Shown here in pieces: positions 9,279-19,107 of a DNA stretch of 64,000 nucleotides (positions are counted from its first letter, which is position 1; each line of letters starts with the position of its first letter). The stretch comes from Verrucomicrobiia bacterium (GTDB taxonomy: Bacteria; Verrucomicrobiota; Verrucomicrobiia; Limisphaerales; UBA11358): contig DASZXB010000088.1 of assembly GCA_035546095.1 (NCBI GenBank), forward strand, positions 3,042 through 67,041, written 5' to 3'. The notes beneath the pieces are model-generated. The model did no database searches. It saw nothing but the letters and a program-made list of their open reading frames with translations, and was not told the origin of the DNA. The translations under genes and the position numbers were made by a program.

Positions 9279-10292
9279 ATGAAAAATAAAATTCTTTCCA
9301 TCCTTGGCGGCGCAACTTTCTTGCTGGCCGCACAAGCTCAAGCGCAAATGCTAATCAACGGCGCGGGTTCGACGTTTGATTATCCCGCCTTTACCAAATG
9401 GTTCGAAGCCTATGGCAGCGTGGACGCCAATGTGCGCTTTAATTATCAATCCATCGGTTCGGGCGCGGGACAGAAATTATTGCTGAACAACACGGTAGAT
9501 TTCGGCGCTTCCGACGCGCCGATGAAGGATGATGCGCTGGCAACGGCACCCGGAAAAATTCTACATTTACCGATTGTCGCGGGCGGCGTCGCAATCATTT
9601 ACAACCTGCCGGGTAATCCGAAATTGAAGCTGGACGGCGACACGCTCGCCAACATTTATCTCGGCAATATCACCAAATGGAACGACGCGAAAATCGCCGC
9701 ACTGAATCCCGGCGTTGGTTTGCCAGACACGGCGATTGTGCCGGTGCATCGCGCCGACGGCAGCGGCACGAGTTTCATCTTCACCGATTATTTGAGCGTG
9801 GTGAATTCGGCGTGGGCGGACACGGTTGGCAAAGGCACAGCGGTCAAATGGCCGGCGGGCATCGGTTTGGCCGCGAAAGGTAGTGAAGGCGTAGCCGGTC
9901 AGGTCAAGCAATTGTCCGGCGGCATCGGTTACGCGGAATTGGCCTACGCCGACCAAAATAAAATTCCTTATGCCGACCTGAAAAATGCGACGGGCAATTT
10001 CATTTCGCCGTCGCCGGATTCCGTCAGCGCCGCGCTCGCCACGGCGAAAATTCCTGACGATTTCCGTTTCTCGATGGTGAATGCGCCGGGTGACAAATCG
10101 TATCCGATTGCCGGCGCAAGCTGGGTTTTGGTTTATGAAAAATCCAAAAACGCCGAGCGCGGCAATAAACTGGTCGCCTTTTTGAAATGGGCGATCACGG
10201 AAGGCCAGAAGCTTTCCCCGCAATTGGATTACGCGCCGCTGCCGGATAGTGTGCAGCAGCGTGAATTGACCCTGCTGGACACAATTAAATGA
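9279..10292 (+). CDS. pstS: phosphate ABC transporter substrate-binding protein
   Basis: Signal peptide followed by GAGSTFDYPAFTKW and HRADGSGTSFIFTDYL, which are typical PstS motifs. Confidence 0.93.
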   Translation: MKNKILSILGGATFLLAAQAQAQMLINGAGSTFDYPAFTKWFEAYGSVDANVRFNYQSIGSGAGQKLLLNNTVDFGASDAPMKDDALATAPGKILHLPIVAGGVAIIYNLPGNPKLKLDGDTLANIYLGNITKWNDAKIAALNPGVGLPDTAIVPVHRADGSGTSFIFTDYLSVVNSAWADTVGKGTAVKWPAGIGLAAKGSEGVAGQVKQLSGGIGYAELAYADQNKIPYADLKNATGNFISPSPDSVSAALATAKIPDDFRFSMVNAPGDKSYPIAGASWVLVYEKSKNAERGNKLVAFLKWAITEGQKLSPQLDYAPLPDSVQQRELTLLDTIK

Positions 10293-10394
10293 TGACTTCG
10301 TTGCGCCGCCCGATATTTTTATCGGCGTGGGCCGGACGAAGAGCGCCATTCCTCCCGCTCTTCGTCCCTTTGATTTTTTGACCGGAAAGAAATT

Positions 10395-11354
10395 GTGAAC
10401 GAAATCGCACGACAAAACAAACCCTTCGGCGACCGCGCCTTCAAATGGCTGACGTTGTTCATGGCGTTGACCATTTTCGGTCTGATTATTTTAATCGGTT
10501 ACGAACTGGCGCAAGGCGCGAAGCCTTCCATTCAAAAATTCGGCTGGCATTTTCTTGTCAGCAGCGATTGGGACCCGGTCAACGACGTTTACGGCGCGCT
10601 GCCATTCATTTTCGGCACGGTGGTTTCTTCCATCATCGCGTTGATCATCGCCGTGCCCATCAGCGTCGCCACGTCGGTTTATTTGACGGAACTCGCGCCG
10701 CTCTGGCTGCGCCAGCCGCTCATCATGTTCATCGAATTGCTCGCCGCCGTGCCGAGCGTCATTTTGGGTTTGTGGGGAATTTTTGTGATGGTGCCGTTTT
10801 TGGCGGGTGACGCGGCGCATCCGAATCATCCCTATCAATGGCTGCAAAGGTATTTCGGTTTTCTGCCGTTGTTTCACGGAGCCATTTATGGCCCCTGCAT
10901 TTTGTCGGCAGGCATCATCGTTGCCATCATGATTATTCCTATCATCACCAGCGTCTCGCGTGAAATTTTGCGTAGCGTTCCCGGATTGCAGCGCGAAGCC
11001 GCCTACGCGCTGGGCGCGACGCGCTGGGAAGTCACGCGCATCGCCGTTTTGAGTTACGCAAAAAGAGGAATTTTCGGCGCAGTGATTCTGGGACTTGGCC
11101 GCGCACTTGGCGAAACGATGGCCGTCACGATGGTCATCGGCAACACGCCGCAAATCGTGAAATCCCTGTTCGCGCCCGGCTACACGTTGGCGAGTGTCAT
11201 CGCCAACGAATTCAACGAAGCGACGGGCGATATTTATCCGAGCGCGTTGTTTGAAATTGGATTGGTGCTGCTCGGTGTGACGGTGCTCGTTAATATTTTA
11301 GCGCAATTGCTTTTGAAAACGTTCGCCGGACCAAATATGAAACCGCAACATTAA
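10395..11354 (+). CDS. pstC: phosphate ABC transporter permease
   Basis: 319-aa polytopic protein with the EAAYALGATRWE permease loop. Operon position fits pstC. Confidence 0.93.
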   Translation: MNEIARQNKPFGDRAFKWLTLFMALTIFGLIILIGYELAQGAKPSIQKFGWHFLVSSDWDPVNDVYGALPFIFGTVVSSIIALIIAVPISVATSVYLTELAPLWLRQPLIMFIELLAAVPSVILGLWGIFVMVPFLAGDAAHPNHPYQWLQRYFGFLPLFHGAIYGPCILSAGIIVAIMIIPIITSVSREILRSVPGLQREAAYALGATRWEVTRIAVLSYAKRGIFGAVILGLGRALGETMAVTMVIGNTPQIVKSLFAPGYTLASVIANEFNEATGDIYPSALFEIGLVLLGVTVLVNILAQLLLKTFAGPNMKPQH

Positions 11355-11360
11355 ACCAAG

Positions 11361-12212
11361 GTGACAATTTCAAATCACAATTGGCGAAAGTTCAAGAACG
11401 CGTTCATGCAAACGCTGGCGTTTGCGTGCGCGATTGTGGTCATCGCGCCGTTGTTGCTCGTGTTTTATCATTTGGTCAAGGAAGGTTTCACGTCCATCAA
11501 TTGGGCGTTCTTCACGCAATTACCCAAACCCGTCGGCGAAATCGGCGGCGGCATGGGCAACGCGATTGTCGGCACGTTCATTTTGCTCGCGCAAGCCGCG
11601 GTGGTTGGTGTGCCGGTCGGCGTGCTCGGCGGCGTTTATCTTTCTGAATACGGGTCGTCGAAATTGAATTGGTGGATTCGTTTTGCCGCCGACATTTTGA
11701 ACGGCGTGCCGTCCATCACGTGGGGCATCGTCGTTTATGCGCTACTCGTCGTGCCGATGCACACATTTTCCGCGCTCGCCGGCGGCGCGGTTCTTGGCCT
11801 GATGATGATTCCGCTGGTGATGCGCACGACGGAAGAAGTTTTGCAACTCGTGCCGAGCGGTTATCGCGAGGCGGCGTTGGCGTTGGGAATTGCCAAATGG
11901 AAAACCATTGTGCAAATCGTCATCCGCACCGCGCTCAAGGGAATTGTTACTGGCGTTTTGCTCGCGCTCGCGCGCGTCGCGGGCGAAACCGCGCCGCTGC
12001 TGTTCACCGCGTTGGGCAACCGTTTTTGGGCGCACGGCCTGACCGAACCCATCGCCGCGCTGCCGTTGCAGATTTTTGCCTACGCGATTTCGCCTTACGA
12101 CGACTGGCATCGTCAGGCGTGGGCGGGCGCGCTCGTGTTGCTCGTGCTGGTGCTGTTCATCAACGTCGGCGTGCGCGTTTTGACGCGCGACCGTTTTCAA
12201 CAAAAAAATTAA
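11361..12212 (+). CDS. pstA: phosphate ABC transporter permease
   Basis: 283 aa with [15 protein letters not shown] (EAA loop), following pstC. Confidence 0.93.
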   Translation: MTISNHNWRKFKNAFMQTLAFACAIVVIAPLLLVFYHLVKEGFTSINWAFFTQLPKPVGEIGGGMGNAIVGTFILLAQAAVVGVPVGVLGGVYLSEYGSSKLNWWIRFAADILNGVPSITWGIVVYALLVVPMHTFSALAGGAVLGLMMIPLVMRTTEEVLQLVPSGYREAALALGIAKWKTIVQIVIRTALKGIVTGVLLALARVAGETAPLLFTALGNRFWAHGLTEPIAALPLQIFAYAISPYDDWHRQAWAGALVLLVLVLFINVGVRVLTRDRFQQKN

Positions 12213-12213
12213 A

Positions 12214-13035
12214 TTGAACGTCATGCCCGAAGTCGCCAATCCAAACTCGCCGGTCGCACCGGAACAAAAGGCCGCGAACGCTCCGGCTCTGACCGTGCGC
12301 AATCTTTCCGTTTTTTTCGGCGGCAAGAAAGTGCTGAAGGACGTTTCCATTGACATCGCGTCCAAAGCGGTGACGGCTATCATCGGGCCAAGCGGCTGCG
12401 GCAAATCCACGTTTCTTCGTTCACTTAACCGGATGCACGAGTTGAATCCCGACGCGCGCATGGAAGGCGAAATCCGTTTGTTCGGCGAAGATATTTATTC
12501 CAAAAACGTCGAGCCGGTCGTCGTTCGCCGTCGTGTCGGCATGGTGTTTCAGAAATCGAATCCGTTTCCGACGATGAGCATCGCCGAAAATGTGACCGTT
12601 GGTTTGCGCTTGAACGGTTTGCGCGACAGAAAACTGCTCGCCGAACGCATCGAGCAGTCGTTGCAAATGGCGGCATTGTGGGACGAAGTCAAAGACCGTT
12701 TGCACGCGCCGGCGATTAGTTTGTCCGGCGGCCAGCAGCAACGGCTGTGCATCGCACGCGCGCTGGCCGTGCAGCCGGAAGTATTGTTGATGGACGAACC
12801 GGCGTCCGCGCTCGACCCGCTGGCGACGCAGAAAATCGAGGATTTGATTTTGGAATTGAAAAAGGATTACACGATTGTCATTGTCACGCACAATATGCAA
12901 CAAGCGGCGCGCTCATCCGATTTCACCGCATTTTTTTATCTGGGCGAATTGATTGAATTCGACACCACCACCAGAATTTTCACCAGTCCGGCCAAAAAAC
13001 AAACCGAGGATTACGTGACCGGGCGGTTTGGCTGA
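12214..13035 (+). CDS. pstB: phosphate ABC transporter ATP-binding protein
   Basis: Walker [10 protein letters not shown], signature LSGGQQQRL and Walker B LLMDEP. TTG start at 12214 or ATG at 12223. Confidence 0.95.
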   Translation: MNVMPEVANPNSPVAPEQKAANAPALTVRNLSVFFGGKKVLKDVSIDIASKAVTAIIGPSGCGKSTFLRSLNRMHELNPDARMEGEIRLFGEDIYSKNVEPVVVRRRVGMVFQKSNPFPTMSIAENVTVGLRLNGLRDRKLLAERIEQSLQMAALWDEVKDRLHAPAISLSGGQQQRLCIARALAVQPEVLLMDEPASALDPLATQKIEDLILELKKDYTIVIVTHNMQQAARSSDFTAFFYLGELIEFDTTTRIFTSPAKKQTEDYVTGRFG

Positions 13036-13044
13036 CGCTAATTT

Positions 13045-13701
13045 ATGGAAAATCATTTTGAAACGGAATTGGACGGGTTGCGGCAAAAACTGCTGCTCAT
13101 GGCCGGACGCGCGGAAGCCGCCGTCAACCAATCCGTGCAGGCGCTCATGCAGCGCGACCGCGACCTCGCCGTGCGCGTCAAGGACGAGGACGATGTGATT
13201 GACCGTTTTGAAATCGAGATTGACGAAATGGCCATCCAACTTTTGACCAAGGCGCCGCTGGCCAGCAATCTCCGCCTCGTGACGGTGGCGATGAAAGTTT
13301 CCCAGAATCTCGAACGTATCGGCGATGAGGCGACGAAAATCGCCAAACGCGCGCGCGACCTTTCGCAGGAACCACCGGTGAAAATTGTTCTGGATTTGCC
13401 GCGCATGGCCACGCTCGCGCTGGCGATGGTCAAGGAATCGCTGGATTCCTTTGTGCAACGCGACCCTGACGCCGCGCGCGCCATCATTCCACGCGACAAG
13501 GAAGTGGACGCGTTGAACAAGCAGATTCACGCCGCGCTCGCCCAGCACATGATGGAAAATCCCGACACGATTGGCCGTTGCCTGCATTGGATTGTCGCCA
13601 CGAAAAGCCTGGAACGCATCGCCGACCACGCCAAAAACATCGCGGAGGAAGTGGTTTATCTCTGCGAAGCGCAGGACATCCGGCACGCGGCGAAGAATTG
13701 A
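13045..13701 (+). CDS. phoU: phosphate signalling complex protein PhoU
   Basis: 218 aa with duplicated E(R)IGD motifs (NLERIGDEA, SLERIADHA), downstream of pstB. Confidence 0.93.
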   Translation: MENHFETELDGLRQKLLLMAGRAEAAVNQSVQALMQRDRDLAVRVKDEDDVIDRFEIEIDEMAIQLLTKAPLASNLRLVTVAMKVSQNLERIGDEATKIAKRARDLSQEPPVKIVLDLPRMATLALAMVKESLDSFVQRDPDAARAIIPRDKEVDALNKQIHAALAQHMMENPDTIGRCLHWIVATKSLERIADHAKNIAEEVVYLCEAQDIRHAAKN

Positions 13702-13745
13702 TTTTTGCGTGCGCGGCAAAATGTTTTTTGCCAGACTGCGCCCGC

Positions 13746-14375
13746 ATGTTTTCTATCCAGCAACTTTTCGGCAAGGGCGACCGTTTTCAGGAGTTGCTCG
13801 AAGCCGCCGCGCAGGAGGCGCACGAAAGCGTGCGGCTGGTGATTGAATTGATGAAATCGCCGCGCAGCACGCAGGCGTTGGACGATCTCGTGCTCACCCG
13901 CCGCAAGGAGAAAAAAATTTCCGACCAAATCAGCAACGAACTCGTCAACACCTTCATCACCGGCCTTGAACGCGAAGACATCGAGGCGTTGGCGCGCGGA
14001 TTATTTCGCATTCCTAAAACTGCCGAGAAACTCGCCGAACGCCTGACAATGGCCGGCCATCATTTGGCCGGCATTGATTTTTCCAAACAGGCCGAAATGA
14101 TGACCAAGGCCACCGACGCCATTTACGGCATGGTGCGGCAGCTTCGCGACATGAAGGATTTGGAAAAAATCAAGACGTTCAACGACCGGCTGCAACTCGT
14201 CGAAGTCGAAGCGGACAAATACATGATTGAATTGCTGCGCGACCTTTACAACGGCAAATACGAGCCACTGCGCGCGATGGTCATCCGCGATATTTACGAG
14301 TTGATGGAAAAACTGGTGGACCGCTGCCATGACGCCGGCAACGTCGTCATGCAAATCGTCCTCAAAAATTCCTGA
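13746..14375 (+). CDS. DUF47 (PhoU-like, YkaA-type) protein, Pit accessory
   Basis: From the ATG at 13746: MFSIQQLFGKGDRFQELLEAAA... is a helical protein of the type usually encoded next to PiT transporters. The track start at 13578 overlaps phoU and is rejected. Confidence 0.8.
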   Translation: MFSIQQLFGKGDRFQELLEAAAQEAHESVRLVIELMKSPRSTQALDDLVLTRRKEKKISDQISNELVNTFITGLEREDIEALARGLFRIPKTAEKLAERLTMAGHHLAGIDFSKQAEMMTKATDAIYGMVRQLRDMKDLEKIKTFNDRLQLVEVEADKYMIELLRDLYNGKYEPLRAMVIRDIYELMEKLVDRCHDAGNVVMQIVLKNS

Positions 14376-14379
14376 TGCG

Positions 14380-15468
14380 ATGCTGCTGATTTTCACCGTC
14401 ATTTTCGTGGCGCTGGTGTTCACCTACATCAACGGCTTTCATGACACGGCCAATTCCATCGCCACCGTCATCGCCACGAAAGTGCTTTCCCCGCGACAGG
14501 CGGTTTTGCTCGCCGCCGTCACCAATCTCATCGGCGCATTTTTTGGAACGGCGGTCGCCACCACCATCGCGTCCGGCCTCGTGGACGCGCAAGTGGCCAC
14601 CATGCCCGTGCTTTGTTGCGCGTTGCTGGCCGCCATTGCGTGGAATTTAATCACGTGGTGGTCGGGATTGCCTTCCAGTTCGTCGCACGCGCTGGTCGGC
14701 GGACTGTGTGGCGCGTGCCTCGCCGCGAGCGGCCGCTGGTCGTCCATTGTTTGGTCCGTTCCCGACAAGGAACATTGGTGGCATGGCAAGGGCATTTTAT
14801 GGAAAGTGATTGTTCCGATGGTCACGTCGCCGTTCATCGGCTTCGTGGCCGGTTTCATCGTCATGGCTTTGCTCTATTTCACCCTGCGTCATTGGAAACC
14901 CGTCACGGTGAACCGCGCTTTCAGTAAATTGCAATTGTGTAGCGCCGGTTATCTGGGTTTTGCCCACGGCACGAACGACGCGCAAAAAACGATGGGCATC
15001 ATCGCGCTCGCGCTTACCGGCGGCACGGCTTCCGGCAAATTCGATTCGCTGCCCCAATGGCTTTCCTTTTTGAAATCGCCCGCGCCGCTCGCCGGTCAGC
15101 CAGTTCACATCGCCGTGTGGATCATTTTTCTGTGCGCGCTGACCATGTGCGCCGGAACCGTCGCCGGCGGCTGGAGAATCATCAAAACGCTCGGCCATAA
15201 AATGGTGAAACTTCATCCCGTCAACGGATTTGCGGCGGAAGCTACGAGCGCGACTGTGTTGGTGACGGCGGCGCAATTCGGAATGCCCGTTTCCACCACG
15301 CACGCCATCACCACGTCCATCATGGGCGTCGGCTGCGCAAAAAGTTTCAACGCGCTTCAATTGGTCGTCGTCGAACGTATCCTTTGGGCGTGGATTTTAA
15401 CATTGCCCGCCAGCGCCGCCATCGCCTATTTGTTCGTCGAAATTATCCGCGCTGCCAGTTGGTTGTGA
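14380..15468 (+). CDS. pit: inorganic phosphate transporter, PiT family
   Basis: From the ATG at 14380: INGFHDTANSIATV and the second GTNDAQKTMGI repeat are the PHO4/PiT signatures. Confidence 0.9.
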   Translation: MLLIFTVIFVALVFTYINGFHDTANSIATVIATKVLSPRQAVLLAAVTNLIGAFFGTAVATTIASGLVDAQVATMPVLCCALLAAIAWNLITWWSGLPSSSSHALVGGLCGACLAASGRWSSIVWSVPDKEHWWHGKGILWKVIVPMVTSPFIGFVAGFIVMALLYFTLRHWKPVTVNRAFSKLQLCSAGYLGFAHGTNDAQKTMGIIALALTGGTASGKFDSLPQWLSFLKSPAPLAGQPVHIAVWIIFLCALTMCAGTVAGGWRIIKTLGHKMVKLHPVNGFAAEATSATVLVTAAQFGMPVSTTHAITTSIMGVGCAKSFNALQLVVVERILWAWILTLPASAAIAYLFVEIIRAASWL

Positions 15469-15477
15469 ATCGGGATT

Positions 15478-16404
15478 TCAACCGAGTTTTTCACCCGATT
15501 TCAACGGATGCCCGGCCAGAAATTCCTGTGCATTCAATTTTCGTCCGCCTTCGCGCTGCAATTCCAAAATTCGCAGCGCATCTTTACCGCCCGCGACGAC
15601 GATTCCATTTTTGTCCGCCGATAAAATGGCTCCGGCCTCGCCGGATTTCCCCAAAATTTCCGCGCGCCAGATTTTCAATAATTGTCCGTTCAGAAATGTG
15701 AAAATGCCCGGCCACGGCGTGAACGCGCGCAGACGGTTCAAAATTTTTTCCGCCGGTTCGTTCCAATCAATCTTGCCGTCTTCCTTTTTGATTTTTGCCG
15801 CGTAAGTCGCGCCTTCCGCCGGTTGTGGTTTGGGCGAAATTTTTCCGGCGACATAATCGGGAATGGTTTTCACCAGTAAATCCGCGCCGAGTTGCGCGAG
15901 CCGGTCGTGTAGCGTTTGCGAATTGTCTTCGGGCAGAATCGGCACGCGCGATTGTGAAATGATTTCGCCAGTATCCAAGCCTGCGTCCATTTTCATAATC
16001 GTCGCGCCGGTTTCGGTTTCGCCATTCAAAATTACGGACTGAATCGGCGCCGCGCCGCGATATTTCGGCAGGAGTGATGTGTGGACATTCACGCAGCCGA
16101 ATTTCGGCAAATCCAAAATCGCTTGCGGTAAAATTTGGCCGTAAGCGACGACGACAATCAAATCCGGTTGCAATGCGCGCAATTGCGAAGTGAATTGTTC
16201 ATCGCGCGCTTTGGCCGGTTGCAAAACGGGCAGGTTCAATTGTTGCGCGAGGATTTTGACCGGCGAGCATTGCAATTTCAAATCGCGGCCTTTGGGCTTG
16301 TCCGGCTGCGTGACGACGGCGGCGATTTGGAATTGTTGGGCGCGCGCCAGCTTTTCCAAACTGGCGCAGGACAATTCCGCCGTGCCCATGAAAATAATTT
16401 TCAT
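15478..16404 (-). CDS. fmt: methionyl-tRNA formyltransferase
   Basis: MKIIFMGTAE..., NVHTSLLPKYRGAAPIQ. Confidence 0.93.
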   Translation of the reverse strand: MKIIFMGTAELSCASLEKLARAQQFQIAAVVTQPDKPKGRDLKLQCSPVKILAQQLNLPVLQPAKARDEQFTSQLRALQPDLIVVVAYGQILPQAILDLPKFGCVNVHTSLLPKYRGAAPIQSVILNGETETGATIMKMDAGLDTGEIISQSRVPILPEDNSQTLHDRLAQLGADLLVKTIPDYVAGKISPKPQPAEGATYAAKIKKEDGKIDWNEPAEKILNRLRAFTPWPGIFTFLNGQLLKIWRAEILGKSGEAGAILSADKNGIVVAGGKDALRILELQREGGRKLNAQEFLAGHPLKSGEKLG

Positions 16405-16422
16405 TTATGTTTCTAGATTCTA

Positions 16423-16442
16423 GCCACAGATGAAACACGGAT
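16423..16442. repeat. half copy of the family A repeat
   Basis: gccacagatgaaacacggat is close to the arm sequence of the 37978..38050 element. Confidence 0.5.
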
Positions 16443-16562
16443 TTTTGCCCGCAATTTGAAATCAAAAATATATTGCACAGACATTTGCTTCCAGAATACA
16501 GTCGAAATGTGAAAAGAAACAGACTGTAAAATCTGCGGATGATCTAAAAGTTAGGCGGCGAT

Positions 16563-17009
16563 ATGAAAGCGCACAATGCATTCTTACTAGTTGTTTTTTT
16601 GTCATTTTTAGCAACCGGATGCGCGGATATGTCTCGGTCTGCATTTGTGGAAACACCTCGGATTGAAATTATATCGTCTCAATCCAATGGACTCACATCA
16701 GCAGTTGCTGGTGACTTATTTCGCGACGTTGCTAAAAAGCTTAAATTTGTCGTTGACCCAGTGCAAGATGAACACGATTTCATTCTGTATAGTGCGCATG
16801 CACCTGAAACAAATCCTACGAACCGAACTTTCCTGGCATTGTGGATTGATAATAAACGGGTGCTCTTTCAGAGTAATATTTATGGTACATTGCAAGATTT
16901 TGCTGCTGCAACAAATGCTTCGAGCCTGTTTCAGCAGGAATTAGATAAACGAGGCATTCAATATAAAGTTTCAACAAGAAAAAAATTGTATCAAGACGGT
17001 CTTTTTTGA
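16563..17009 (+). CDS. putative lipoprotein, unknown function (AT-rich gene)
   Basis: Signal peptide plus lipobox LATGC. Composition is clearly more AT-rich than the neighbouring genes. Confidence 0.55.
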   Translation: MKAHNAFLLVVFLSFLATGCADMSRSAFVETPRIEIISSQSNGLTSAVAGDLFRDVAKKLKFVVDPVQDEHDFILYSAHAPETNPTNRTFLALWIDNKRVLFQSNIYGTLQDFAAATNASSLFQQELDKRGIQYKVSTRKKLYQDGLF

Positions 17010-17086
17010 GGATATGGGTTCTGCGATGTCGTCTAATCTCAAATTAGATTGCAAATTTTCAATTCATTTTCTTCGCTGAAATTTCT

Positions 17087-17668
17087 TCAAAGCTTCACGA
17101 CGTGGCGAAGAACTTTCAGAAACGTTTCCGGCGGCGTGCCGTCGGTGTTGATTTTGTGGACGATTTTCTTGCCGTAGAAATTCAGCACGGGTTTGGTTTC
17201 CTTTTCGTAAGTTTTCAGGCGTGCGCGAATCACGTCTAGGTTCGCGTCGTCGAGGCGGTTGTCCTTGAGTGCGCGGCGTTGCAGGCGTTTGACGAGGTTT
17301 TCAAAATTCGCGCTGCACATGTAAAACACGGCGATGACGTTCAGGAATTTTTTGAGCATCTGCGCCTGATGAACATTGCGCGGCATGCCGTCGAGCACGA
17401 GGATGTTGCGTTTCGGGTCGAGCCGTCCGGCGGCGGTGAGGCTGCGCATGTAATTTGTCCAGAGTTCGATGGTCGGTTCATCCGGCACCAATCCGCCGCG
17501 GCTGGAATGTTCGACAAAAACTTTCCCCAGCGGCGAATCGGGGCTCAAGCTGCGGAACACTTCGCCGCAACTGCAATGGAAAAAGCCGGGAATCGAGCCG
17601 AGAATTTTTCCGTGTGTGCCTTTGCCCGAACCGGGCGCGCCGAACATCAAAATCGTTTTATATTTCAA
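17087..17668 (-). CDS. adk: adenylate kinase-family nucleoside monophosphate kinase (short type)
   Basis: P-loop GAPGSGKGT, LVLDGMPRN, no zinc lid. Confidence 0.8.
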   Translation of the reverse strand: MKYKTILMFGAPGSGKGTHGKILGSIPGFFHCSCGEVFRSLSPDSPLGKVFVEHSSRGGLVPDEPTIELWTNYMRSLTAAGRLDPKRNILVLDGMPRNVHQAQMLKKFLNVIAVFYMCSANFENLVKRLQRRALKDNRLDDANLDVIRARLKTYEKETKPVLNFYGKKIVHKINTDGTPPETFLKVLRHVVKL

Positions 17669-18594
17669 GCGTCTTTATGTTTGAGGGTGATTTCCTGAAT
17701 GTCGGCGAAGGGCACCATGATTTCCTGCCGCGCCGCGCCTTGAATGGTTTCCAGATGCACGTCGTTGGCGGCGATGCGCGAAATACGTTGGACGACAAAC
17801 TGTCCGCGCGTCGTTTTCACCGAGAGCACCATGTCGCGGTCGGCCTCGCGCCGGGTCGTGCCGAAATAATTGGAAAATTTCGTCTCAAAAAACCGGCGAT
17901 TGAAAGTGAATTGTCCACGCTGGAAAATCTGCGGTTCGGGATACGACGCTTTCCGCCGCGCCGTTTCAGAAAGGGATACTGCGGCGGCGGCTTCCGCTTG
18001 CGGCGCCGGCTGCCCGGGCACATTGAAAGTTTGTTCTTCCACCGGCGCTTGTTCTTCCGCCGGAGCCGGAGCCACATAGACCGGCATGGAAAGAAAAATA
18101 ATCGGTCCCAGAATCGGCAAAATCGCCGCCACGCCCATCACCAACGCTTTTGGCCGCGCACGGGCGATAGCGATTTCGTAGCCCGAATAAATATTCGCCG
18201 CGTAAATCAAGAGCAACGCGAATAATCCGACCGACGACGAGAACAACGCGGCAATCAACGATTGTTTGGGTGGCAATTCCAATCGCGTCACGTCGTGAAC
18301 TTTGATTTCCGGCTTTTTCGGGCGCTCGGATTCGGGAATTTCCACGAACGGCTCCACGAGCGGCTTGATTTTCGGGTTCTGGGAGAGCTGCCGCAACGCA
18401 TCCTGCGAAAATTTCGTCCACATGACGTTGGTATAGGAGTCATTCGTCAGACGGAGGGTGATGCCGTTGTCGTTGAACGTCACGGTGTCGCCGGTCAAGG
18501 ACGAGCCGTCGGTCAGCGAATAGGAATCCGCTCCCGCAGCGACCAGCAGACTGCAAAGCCACAAACCACAAATGGCGCAAAAGATTTTATTCAC
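17665..18594 (-). CDS. membrane protein, unknown function
   Basis: Signal peptide, two central TM helices, an Ala/Pro/Glu-rich linker and a C-terminal soluble domain. It overlaps the adk start by 4 nt. Confidence 0.6.
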   Translation of the reverse strand: MNKIFCAICGLWLCSLLVAAGADSYSLTDGSSLTGDTVTFNDNGITLRLTNDSYTNVMWTKFSQDALRQLSQNPKIKPLVEPFVEIPESERPKKPEIKVHDVTRLELPPKQSLIAALFSSSVGLFALLLIYAANIYSGYEIAIARARPKALVMGVAAILPILGPIIFLSMPVYVAPAPAEEQAPVEEQTFNVPGQPAPQAEAAAAVSLSETARRKASYPEPQIFQRGQFTFNRRFFETKFSNYFGTTRREADRDMVLSVKTTRGQFVVQRISRIAANDVHLETIQGAARQEIMVPFADIQEITLKHKDA

Positions 18595-18645
18595 AACGAT
18601 TTTTTAGCAAATCCGCGGGCGCAACAAAAGTAAATTCAATCGCCG

Positions 18646-19107
18646 TCACAATTTCAAAAATTCCGCGCGTAATTCTTTTCCATCACCATGCAAAATCGCC
18701 GCGCTGCGTTCGACGCCGGCTTTTGGTTTGCCTGCGTAACCGGGATTGAGGAACAAAATTCCGCCGATGCTTTCACAAAAGCGTTTGTGCGTGTGACCGA
18801 AAATGATTGCATCAGGACGTTCCCGGAAAATACGATTTTTGATTTTGTCATCTGCCGCGTGCGGATTAACGATGTGATGGACGAGGAATTTTTTCGCGGC
18901 CAATTCAACCGTTTCCGTTTCCCGAAATGGCAAATCCATATCCGTATTGCCGCGTACGGCTGTCACCGGCGCGATGGCTTCGAGTTCCAAAATGATGGAA
19001 GCGTAGCCGATGTCGCCCGCGTGCAAAATATGTTCGACGCCTTGAAACAGTTTGAAGATTTTATGGTCGAGAAAGCCGTGCGTGTCCGAAATGACGCCGA
19101 TTTTCAT
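18646..19107 (-). CDS. YfcE/MJ0936-type metallophosphoesterase
   Basis: Motifs DTHG, GDI, GNTD, GHTH. Confidence 0.85.
   Translation of the reverse strand: MKIGVISDTHGFLDHKIFKLFQGVEHILHAGDIGYASIILELEAIAPVTAVRGNTDMDLPFRETETVELAAKKFLVHHIVNPHAADDKIKNRIFRERPDAIIFGHTHKRFCESIGGILFLNPGYAGKPKAGVERSAAILHGDGKELRAEFLKL

Noticed and set aside
13578-13745. Upstream extensions of track ORFs. Affected start coordinates (5' end on the coding strand; the last four are minus-strand ORFs): 13578, 14329, 5167, 7819, 25038, 30824, 32749, 40462, 44673, 19865, 24896, 44685 and 52841.
   Set aside because: The extensions overlap neighbouring genes or precede obvious native N-termini (signal peptides or conserved first motifs). 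Internal ATG starts were chosen instead.
16550-16556. Treating every GTTAGGC/GCCTAAC heptamer as an integron core site.
   Set aside because: A given 7-mer is expected several times by chance in 64 kb on two strands. Only occurrences at ORF boundaries combined with other evidence were retained, and then only as hypotheses.
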